Under the pieces are notes generated by a model that ran no database searches, was not told where the DNA came from, and saw nothing but the letters and a program-made list of their open reading frames with translations. Positions 56,405 through 64,000 of a DNA stretch of 64,000 nucleotides are shown in pieces (the stretch's first letter is position 1; every line of letters starts with the position of its first letter). The stretch is from the IMG/VR virus record IMGVR_UViG_3300027826_000001. One strand, written 5' to 3'. Source of the DNA: a virus. Position numbers and translations under genes: made by a program.

Positions 56405-58327
56405 TTACTCATTTGTCAAGTCATTATTTGAAGTCTTACCACTACCTACCAGTACTCGACTCAACATAGGTATTTTAAACATGGTCTTCATGTCCCCGCC
56501 TGTTTGTGCCCAGTTATGAAAGGCTTGGGCGAATTGGGGGTTACTAATGTACTTATCAATAAGGGGTATGTATCCCTGGAACACAGCCTGAGCGCCCTTA
56601 CTTGCCACCCCTGCCAAAGCCGCAGAACCCATAGCAGCCGGGTAGGAAGTATGTAGTCCGTAATGCAGCGCCGCATATGTAGCACCCATAGGAGTAAAGT
56701 ACCAACCCGCTAGGTGTCCAAAACCAGTACTCTTCTTCGCCGTATCTTTAACATCCTGCAAGGTCTTAAAGTCCTGTAACAACTGATCCACTTGCTTAGT
56801 AGTTTCTTGGCCTTCTCGTCCCCCGCCAAAAATCGATATCAACTTATTTCGGTTAAACGGCCCATCTCCAGCCGTAATCTTCCCAATATTACTAAGCTGT
56901 TTCGTTTGAGGATCATAGGCCCGCGCCATCATCTCGGTAAGAAATGCGTCACGAGTCGTTTTAATCATTTGATCCCCGTTCTTCTGGTTACCTAAGTATT
57001 TGAAAAGACGGTCAATGTTATCGGAGTCACCGTTAATCAGATTCCCGACTAGTTGCTTGGGGCCAAACACACCGTCTTTATCCGGCGTCAGTAAACCCTT
57101 AAGATTCGAATTTTCAATAATTTCCGTATTAACCGCAGACCGGATAGTATCGGAAACTTTATTAAGCCTTTGAGTAGCCGCTAATGCTGGATCGTAAAGA
57201 TTGTTAACGTGCTGTTCTGCCGCCTGACGGACTTTATCCGCCATCTGGTCAAACATTTGCCCCCGGTTCTTATCAATTTCTTCTTGTATCTGTTTTAACT
57301 GTGCGTTCTTATAACTTGCATCTTTCCAAGGTCCGCCTTCTTGGTTCGATATATCATCATACTGTTGCTGAAGATTCTTGATTGCCTTAACTTGTGGGTT
57401 ATCAACATCCTGTCCTTCGACAACTTTCGCATAACCTGCCCGTAGTTTATTATTTTCGGCAAGACTTTTGGCCTTCTGCAAGTCATCCTGTGCAAAAGAC
57501 CCTTGGGGAGCCGTAAGCTTAAGTAATCTCTCGGCTTCTAGCTTTTGATTATTCTCCGCAAACATCTTAGCGGCTTGTTGTGTTTGGGCAAACTTCTGCT
57601 GTTGTAGAAAACCAGCCTCCGGTACCGCCTGCTGCACTTTTTGGGCTTCCTGAGCAGCTTGAGCCTCAAAGCCCGTACTTGGAACATTAGGACCCATTAC
57701 GCCCTGAATATTACCCCGTAGATTAGCCCTGTCTGCTACACTTCCGCCCATACCCGGTACCAATGCGGCCAAGGCATCAGACATAAGCCTGCTAGCCCCT
57801 TCATTAGCTCCTTGCCCCAGTGCGTCCTGTATCTTATTCTGTGTTTCGTTAATACCTAACCCTGTAGCCGCCCGAGCTAAGAACCTACTTACCGGACTTT
57901 TAATAGCCGTATATGCTTGTGACGCCTTATTAGCCAACCCCATCCCAAACACATTAGCGGCATTCATTACAGCCCCGCCAAGATCATGAGGAGCACTTCC
58001 AGCCAGCATAGCCCCGGTTCCTAAAGCCGCTCCAATGGGTGCTCCGCCAAGGGCCATAGCCGCCCCACCAGCAACTCCATACGGTAGGTCATGTTTGACA
58101 AAATCATAGAACTTATCGGGGTCCTGATTCATTGCAATGTTATATGGAGCCGCCCCCATACCACTACCCGCAGCCCCTAACAACATGGGCATAATGGACT
58201 TATTCTGTATAGACTCCTGTTTCATACTTTGTACAACTTGGACCTGTTTTTGCGTAGGTATCTTGTCCCATTCGCTACGGGGTATGGTACTGCCGTCAGG
58301 AAGTTGTACTAGTTGATCGTCAGGCAT
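56405..58327 (-). CDS. large virion/internal protein (640 aa)
   Basis: ORF track. G/A-rich N-terminal region followed by a long helical Q/K/A-rich region. Confidence 0.8.
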   Translation of the reverse strand: MPDDQLVQLPDGSTIPRSEWDKIPTQKQVQVVQSMKQESIQNKSIMPMLLGAAGSGMGAAPYNIAMNQDPDKFYDFVKHDLPYGVAGGAAMALGGAPIGAALGTGAMLAGSAPHDLGGAVMNAANVFGMGLANKASQAYTAIKSPVSRFLARAATGLGINETQNKIQDALGQGANEGASRLMSDALAALVPGMGGSVADRANLRGNIQGVMGPNVPSTGFEAQAAQEAQKVQQAVPEAGFLQQQKFAQTQQAAKMFAENNQKLEAERLLKLTAPQGSFAQDDLQKAKSLAENNKLRAGYAKVVEGQDVDNPQVKAIKNLQQQYDDISNQEGGPWKDASYKNAQLKQIQEEIDKNRGQMFDQMADKVRQAAEQHVNNLYDPALAATQRLNKVSDTIRSAVNTEIIENSNLKGLLTPDKDGVFGPKQLVGNLINGDSDNIDRLFKYLGNQKNGDQMIKTTRDAFLTEMMARAYDPQTKQLSNIGKITAGDGPFNRNKLISIFGGGREGQETTKQVDQLLQDFKTLQDVKDTAKKSTGFGHLAGWYFTPMGATYAALHYGLHTSYPAAMGSAALAGVASKGAQAVFQGYIPLIDKYISNPQFAQAFHNWAQTGGDMKTMFKIPMLSRVLVGSGKTSNNDLTNE

Positions 58328-60231
58328 TATTTAATATTTCTAGCTTTCAATAAGTCTTCAGCTTTAACATAGTTCTTACTCGCACCCTTAGCCCCTGTCC
58401 CACCTACGTCTGGGGGACCGACTTCTTTACCATAAATACTCTTATAAGCATCGGGATGGAAAGCTCTTACCACGTTTTCAGTAGTCCAATTTCTAACCGG
58501 CCCCGTAGCCTTAAGTTCTTGATTATGCTGCAACTGTTGGTTAAAAGTATCTTCATACTCATAAATCTTACCGGCCAGAGTCTTTTTACCCTGAGCCAAG
58601 TTATCCAACGCCTTACCAATATCTTCAACAAACTGCGTACTTCGGAAACCCTGCACAGCCGCGTGATGAGCACCCAAAATCTGAGCCGCTTGAGCAAACC
58701 GTTCGAATTTATCAGCCGGGACATTACTCCAGGATGTAGGATCAGCGTACTTGGTAGTAAGTTTCGTCCACATACCTTTTAAGTTACCCAGATCGCTAGG
58801 AGAGAAGTCTTTAAGCAACCCGTACATCTCCTGAGCCTTAGCCGCACCTTTAAGAGCCGCGTCGTTCTTAGTCTGTACACCGGCCTGTACCTTCGCACCA
58901 ATAGGAGCCGAATGAATATAAGCCGCTAAACGAGGATCAGTACCCGGAGGAAGATCATCCTTGAAAGTCAAACCGACTGGGGCAACGGGCTTACCTTGAT
59001 AAGCGGAACTAATATCCGTATAATACTTTTGAATATCATCCCGGTATTTATCGGGCTTACCAGTTACAGGATCAATAGCAGGAGTTTTAGGAGCCTGTTC
59101 ACCACCACCCTGCGTAGCATTCACCCCTGGACCCTGACTTTGAGCCGCACCTTGTCCACCAGTCATATAGTTCGGTAAAGTTCTCTTATCAGCCGCCATT
59201 GGTCCACGATCAGTTTGAACCACGGTAATATTCTTAGCACCCAAAGCTTGATTACGGATATCCATTTGCTGCTTAATCTGTTTAGCCGTATCAAAATCGC
59301 CCTTGGCTACAGCCCGGTTAATGGCATTAATATCCTGTAAGTCCCTGTCACCCTTAGTCGTAGATAGACCTTCATTACTCTGCACCTGTCCCACAGTACG
59401 AGCCTTTGTATATTCGTCTTCATCGGCCAGTAAGTCATGATGAATTTTAAGCATTTCAACTTGAGCTTCTGGTTGACCCGCAGCTAGTTTACGTTCTGCA
59501 TCTTCATATCGGGCAATATAGACCATTTTTTTAGCATTATCCAAATTACCCTGTTGCTCATATAACTTCGACCGAACATCTGTAGCAGCCTGCCGAGTCA
59601 AGTTACTTGTAGCATTATTGGTCAAACTTGTCATATCCCGTAGTGCCCAAGTTCGCATTTGGTTATTATATTGAACTTCCTTGGCAATGGGATTAATTTC
59701 GGATTGATATTCCTGTAACGCCTGATGCTGTGCTCGATCCCTAGCCGGTACGTAGTTTTCCTTCTGAGCCATCGCACGGCCCATCTCACTTAACACGGCT
59801 AAAGGATACTTCTTCCAATCAATTTTATCCTTATACTGTGGTTCCTGTCCCTCTGGCATAGGTCCGACAGGTACAACGGGTACTTTCTTAATACCCATCA
59901 TACTATTATAGATATCGTGTGCCCGCTGTTCGACCGTATATTGTGACCGCTTTTGAAATTCCAACTCCGCAGCCGAAGGTTTATTAATCTCTTGTAATTG
60001 TTTACTCAAATTCTGGAACATATTTGTATATGTATCCAGGAAAGATTGATTACCTGTCAAACCACCAGCCGCACCACCTGTACCACCAGGAATAGTCGGA
60101 GGAAGCCCACCTGCCTGTGAACTCTGTAGCGCCTGCATAACAAGAGGATTGACAGATTGATCGGGCGCACCTGGAGCCTGTTGTGTACTACCCTGTGGCA
60201 AAGCACTAAGAATGTCGTTAATATCTGGCAT
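58327..60231 (-). CDS. large virion/internal protein (634 aa)
   Basis: ORF track. Start overlaps the stop of the upstream gene. Confidence 0.8.
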   Translation of the reverse strand: MPDINDILSALPQGSTQQAPGAPDQSVNPLVMQALQSSQAGGLPPTIPGGTGGAAGGLTGNQSFLDTYTNMFQNLSKQLQEINKPSAAELEFQKRSQYTVEQRAHDIYNSMMGIKKVPVVPVGPMPEGQEPQYKDKIDWKKYPLAVLSEMGRAMAQKENYVPARDRAQHQALQEYQSEINPIAKEVQYNNQMRTWALRDMTSLTNNATSNLTRQAATDVRSKLYEQQGNLDNAKKMVYIARYEDAERKLAAGQPEAQVEMLKIHHDLLADEDEYTKARTVGQVQSNEGLSTTKGDRDLQDINAINRAVAKGDFDTAKQIKQQMDIRNQALGAKNITVVQTDRGPMAADKRTLPNYMTGGQGAAQSQGPGVNATQGGGEQAPKTPAIDPVTGKPDKYRDDIQKYYTDISSAYQGKPVAPVGLTFKDDLPPGTDPRLAAYIHSAPIGAKVQAGVQTKNDAALKGAAKAQEMYGLLKDFSPSDLGNLKGMWTKLTTKYADPTSWSNVPADKFERFAQAAQILGAHHAAVQGFRSTQFVEDIGKALDNLAQGKKTLAGKIYEYEDTFNQQLQHNQELKATGPVRNWTTENVVRAFHPDAYKSIYGKEVGPPDVGGTGAKGASKNYVKAEDLLKARNIK

Positions 60232-60235
60232 ATTT

Positions 60236-61906
60236 TTAAGCGAAACTTAAAGCAGCACCGGCAAGTTGCATAAGAGATCCAAGCAGAGGATTGCCACCAC
60301 CGGCCTGACTTGCACCACCACCAAACAAGTTAGCTTCACTACCAAGCGAACTTCCAAGCAAGCTTTCACCCTGACCACTAATACCCACAAGCGGATTGAA
60401 GTAGTTATTCAGCAAAGAACTATACACGTTACCCGCATTAATACCGCTATTCATCGCACCCTGTATCGCATTCGTAAGCGCCCCATACTGTCCAAGACCC
60501 AATTGGCCCTGTTGGTTATACATACCCGCGTTAGTGCCAAAGAGACTATTAAGCAAATTACCCGTTCCCTGTGTCATGGAGTTTTGCAGATTACCCATAC
60601 CAAGTTGATATTGGTTCTGGTTCTGCATAATATTACCCAACGCGCCAATTCCACCTAGTTGCCCCTGTTGAAGCATACTAGCCAGATTACTACCGGCACC
60701 CAACATACCCAACTGATTACCCATCCCTCCCGTTCCATAAGACACGTAGGGAGACATATAATTAGCAGCCGCGTTAGTAAGAGACGGAACTTCATTTAAT
60801 CCTGTCCCAAATAAGTTATTAGCCAACTGTCCGCTACCCTGTACCAATCCGCCACTCGTACCTAGAAGGGCATTTTGTAAACTACCGGCCCCTTGAGCTA
60901 AGTTAATACCCTGACCCTGTTGAGTCAAGTTCAACCCCTGCTGTTGCTGGAGGGCATTATTAACCGCTCCACTAATTCCCGTAGCAGCTTGATTGTAAAA
61001 ATCCGCCATCCCTTGATTCTGTAACCCATTAGCCACAGTTGCCCCGGCCCCACCACCCCTAGCCAACGCCTGCTGTTCCGCTTGTTGTTCTTGTCCCGCA
61101 AAGTTCTGGGAAGCTTGAGTACGCGCAATACTAGCCGCTTGAGCAGGATTCATAAGGGCCTGTTGAGAATATAAATCAACACCCCGTCCCGCCATATTAT
61201 TCCCTAGCTGCGTCTGTCCACCACTAGCAAGTAAGGGACTACCCCCGGAGTATAAAGCATTACTCTGTCCGGTATTTCCCTGTGTCCCCAGTATCCCGGC
61301 AACCGGATTCAATGCCATTGACAACTGAGGCGTCCAACCACCCTGACCAAGCATATTATTCGCCATGGCCTGAGCGTTAATATTAAAATCCGTTTGTCCA
61401 AAGTTACCTACAAGATTATTCGCCGTATTTGCCGAAGTTTGTAACCCAGGAATATTTTGCCCTAATACATTTCCAATCGCATTATAAGCGCCCTGATACT
61501 GTGGCGTCCAACCCCCACTTTGGAAATTCTGGATAGCCGTGGGCATCATAGCCCCAAGACCCTGCATACCGCCCTGTGCAAGATTAGAAGCACCTTGTAA
61601 CGGGCTACTCATACCTTGACCCAAATATCCAAGATCCTGAATCGAACGGCCTACTAGCGGATTCATCATTCCGCCAACTTGGTTTTGCCAATTTTGTAAC
61701 CCTTGAGTCTGTCCTTGCCAGAAGGGAAGCTCACCACCGATAGTAGGAAAAAGTCCCGTCTTAGCCGAATTTAAAGCGGCATCAGTAGACCATTTCATTA
61801 TGTCTGTAGCTGGATTTACACCTTGGTTTCCCAGGTTAGACAGAACCGTAGCCATACCGCCACGAAGCCAGTCACCACCACCACCTAATTGTCCGCCGCC
61901 ACTCAT
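60236..61906 (-). CDS. G/Q/N/L-rich low-complexity virion protein (556 aa)
   Basis: ORF track. Repetitive G-x-G / QG / NL motifs run along almost the whole length. Confidence 0.8.
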   Translation of the reverse strand: MSGGGQLGGGGDWLRGGMATVLSNLGNQGVNPATDIMKWSTDAALNSAKTGLFPTIGGELPFWQGQTQGLQNWQNQVGGMMNPLVGRSIQDLGYLGQGMSSPLQGASNLAQGGMQGLGAMMPTAIQNFQSGGWTPQYQGAYNAIGNVLGQNIPGLQTSANTANNLVGNFGQTDFNINAQAMANNMLGQGGWTPQLSMALNPVAGILGTQGNTGQSNALYSGGSPLLASGGQTQLGNNMAGRGVDLYSQQALMNPAQAASIARTQASQNFAGQEQQAEQQALARGGGAGATVANGLQNQGMADFYNQAATGISGAVNNALQQQQGLNLTQQGQGINLAQGAGSLQNALLGTSGGLVQGSGQLANNLFGTGLNEVPSLTNAAANYMSPYVSYGTGGMGNQLGMLGAGSNLASMLQQGQLGGIGALGNIMQNQNQYQLGMGNLQNSMTQGTGNLLNSLFGTNAGMYNQQGQLGLGQYGALTNAIQGAMNSGINAGNVYSSLLNNYFNPLVGISGQGESLLGSSLGSEANLFGGGASQAGGGNPLLGSLMQLAGAALSFA

Positions 61907-61909
61907 GTA

Positions 61910-62281
61910 TTAGAACACCTTACGCCACACTTGAATAGGTAACTTATCACCAAACATCTTTGCCACTAAACCCTGTTTCTTTTTCTCTTCAAAAAAATAA
62001 TAACCCCGGCCCTTACCCCAGGGAAGAGAATTAATAGCTTCTACTAATTTTCGCCACAAACCCTTACTTCGATACTTAGGAGCTATCCACATACTATCTG
62101 CCACAATTACTTGGTATAAACCAAAAAATCCTACTATCTTCCCCGTCTCGTCTCTCGCTACCATAGGCCGCATATTCGCAAGATCGGGGTGTATTCCAAA
62201 AGCCTCCACATATATGGCATCAAATTCTTTGTAATCTTCAATTTCTGTGCCCAAGAGACTAAATGTAAGATTATCAAGCAT
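61910..62281 (-). CDS. GNAT-family N-acetyltransferase
   Basis: IVGFFGLYQVIVADSMWIAPKYRSKGLWRKLVEAI matches the acetyl-CoA-binding motif A region. Confidence 0.65.
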   Translation of the reverse strand: MLDNLTFSLLGTEIEDYKEFDAIYVEAFGIHPDLANMRPMVARDETGKIVGFFGLYQVIVADSMWIAPKYRSKGLWRKLVEAINSLPWGKGRGYYFFEEKKKQGLVAKMFGDKLPIQVWRKVF

Positions 62282-62309
62282 ATACCTCTAGTACTATTAT
62301 ACCCCCAAT

Positions 62310-63413
62310 TTAACTTAAAGTTTGAAGGGTAAAGTTCGTGGAAGTTATTGTATTTCCAGGCGCTCCTGTACCCCAAGTAATGGTAATATCGAGTAACTGG
62401 GAAGATGTGGTATCTATCGTCACAGGAACCGTATTGACCATTTGAAAAGACGTAGACCCCTCTTCCATAAAAGACCCTTGAGCCGCTACGGTACCAGATA
62501 CCCCCGTGCTTCTACACGTAATATCAGCATTTAGCTCAAAACCCTGGTTTGTATTATTATTATCCGTTACGGCAGTAGTGGTAAGGATTATTGTAGAACC
62601 CAATTTAACCTTAACGTTAATAGTGGGTCCCCCGGTAGCAGAGTGGTAACCCCGCATAACCAGCCGTAAAGTACGCCCAGTGGTAAGGAAATTAGCTGCC
62701 AGCGTAACTGATCCCGTCCCAGTACCCACAATACTAGTTTCAGTATTTGTATTTCCTACCGTTGCATCGGCAGTTTGAATGAATAAGTTACGGGTAAAAT
62801 TAAAAGTTTGATAGGTAGGAGGGGAAGAAACTCCGTTAGATATCAAATAACTACCCGCCGCTACATCAGATAGACTCGAAGGATTACCGCTTCCATCATA
62901 AACAAACAACGCCCCTGCCGTACCTGCTGCAAGTTGAGCAAGAGTAATACTACCATTTGGAATATCCGTCGTATTAACTGTTGCCGCAATAGTTGTACCT
63001 GTACACTTTGGCGAAGCATTAAGGTCGCTTACTAATCCATTCTTAAGTACTGTCTGTACCGTAAAAACCACATTCTGAGCCGCCGAAGTTGTAACCCTTA
63101 CTACCGCCGGGGAACCCTTAACCGTAGTTGGACTTGTCAACTGACTGATATTACCCGTCAAACCGCCTACAAAAATATTATAATGATCTATCTGTGCAAC
63201 TGTGGCGTTAGGTTCTTGAAAAGTAAGAATAAACTGGGTACCCCCCACGAAAGTACTACTAGAATAGACCTTCAGGGTCGTAACAAAAGGTACTCGAAAT
63301 TGGCCTTGCTGTGGGGGAGGGAGAAGGCTACCTTCTGCGGCATTAAAGCTATTCCGTACCGTACCCAGTATTTTTAACTGATCGGCTTCGCTAATTGTTT
63401 TGACTTGAGGCAT
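62310..63413 (-). CDS. fibre-like T/S/G/N-rich protein (367 aa)
   Basis: ORF track. Beta-rich composition. Confidence 0.75.
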   Translation of the reverse strand: MPQVKTISEADQLKILGTVRNSFNAAEGSLLPPPQQGQFRVPFVTTLKVYSSSTFVGGTQFILTFQEPNATVAQIDHYNIFVGGLTGNISQLTSPTTVKGSPAVVRVTTSAAQNVVFTVQTVLKNGLVSDLNASPKCTGTTIAATVNTTDIPNGSITLAQLAAGTAGALFVYDGSGNPSSLSDVAAGSYLISNGVSSPPTYQTFNFTRNLFIQTADATVGNTNTETSIVGTGTGSVTLAANFLTTGRTLRLVMRGYHSATGGPTINVKVKLGSTIILTTTAVTDNNNTNQGFELNADITCRSTGVSGTVAAQGSFMEEGSTSFQMVNTVPVTIDTTSSQLLDITITWGTGAPGNTITSTNFTLQTLS

Positions 63414-64000
63414 TAAGATCCCTGATCCGGTGAGAAGGTAATAATCACATTCTGCAATTCAAACCTATCACCAGACGCAATTTTAGTAAGTTCCCAGGCC
63501 ACTCTTTGCGCCACGTTAAAAATGGGAAACTCCATAGTCTTATATCCCTTACTCTGCGGCCTACGGGGTGGATCTTCACTCACATTTACGCTTATTGGAT
63601 CTGTCCATAGGTCATCAGCAAACCAATAGAAACTGGGGTCATCGTCGCCGGAAAAAGCTGTACGTTCGAAACTAATGGAGTAAACAACCGGAGTAACCCG
63701 TGGAACTCGCCTTTGATTAACATGATCCCCTGCCGGAACCATTTGTAAAGCAAACACCATATCAATATCGTAGTTAATATTACCTGCCGTACCATTTTGT
63801 ACCGCCCAATCTTGAGCCGTAACTAACGTAGGGTCCATACGTGCAAAAGTACCAACTAGATTAACAGGGTCCCATGAAAAGAACACCATACGCCGTTGTC
63901 CTGTAAGTTCCGATATTCGCCCCGACATTTGAGCCGTAGAGGGGTAGGTCCATGGAAGATTCCATAAGTGCTTTAGGGGCGTATAGATACCTGCCTGAAG
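63413..64000 (-). CDS. hypothetical virion protein; 5' end may lie beyond the window
   Basis: ORF track 63413..63928, but the same frame stays open from 63929 to 64000 (…LQAGIYTPLKHLWNLPWTYPSTAQ-M…). Confidence 0.7.
   Translation of the reverse strand, partial: LQAGIYTPLKHLWNLPWTYPSTAQMSGRISELTGQRRMVFFSWDPVNLVGTFARMDPTLVTAQDWAVQNGTAGNINYDIDMVFALQMVPAGDHVNQRRVPRVTPVVYSISFERTAFSGDDDPSFYWFADDLWTDPISVNVSEDPPRRPQSKGYKTMEFPIFNVAQRVAWELTKIASGDRFELQNVIITFSPDQGS

Noticed and set aside
1-64000. Prophage or lysogeny module (integrase, repressor, att sites)
   Set aside because: No integrase-, excisionase- or CI-like ORF is recognisable. The HicA gene alone is not evidence for lysogeny. Flanking host genes are absent.

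Overview
The window reads as one contiguous piece of a tailed dsDNA phage genome. It has no rRNA, no cellular housekeeping genes, no integrase and no CRISPR array. There are four blocks. (1) 1-27.1 kb, minus strand: virion and late genes in the order terminase large subunit, portal, scaffold-like protein, HK97-like major capsid protein. This block also holds many S/T/N/G- or Q/N/G-rich proteins, two tRNAs, and a glycosyltransferase-methyltransferase-glycosyltransferase cassette with its own promoter. (2) 27.1-34.2 kb, mostly minus strand: an accessory region. It contains a candidate small RNA, a 700-bp repeat-dense non-coding region, an AAA+/VWA-like pair, several split or micro ORFs, and an RNA ligase. 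(3) 34.2-55.4 kb, plus strand: the early/replication block. It runs from HicA-like RNase through a Pnkp-like enzyme, a Cas4-like nuclease, a RecA-fold ATPase, a family-A DNA polymerase, nucleotide hydrolases and a RepA/DnaB-like ATPase, with many zinc-ribbon microproteins in between. (4) 55.6-64 kb, minus strand, convergent with block 3: very large low-complexity virion proteins, a GNAT, and fibre-like proteins. A recurring promoter pattern, TTGACa-N14-TGn-TAnnnT, marks at least nine units, several of them with almost no leader. The most interesting leads are listed here.
- A co-regulated HicA, RNA ligase and Pnkp set (RNA breaking plus healing and sealing).
- A promoter-driven structured RNA with a CCUCC loop.
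- A GTAC-rich iteron field.
- The early-type-promoter glycosylation cassette placed inside the head genes.
- Several genes broken exactly at homopolymer runs.
Everything is inferred by eye from sequence and motifs. No database search or folding computation was run.
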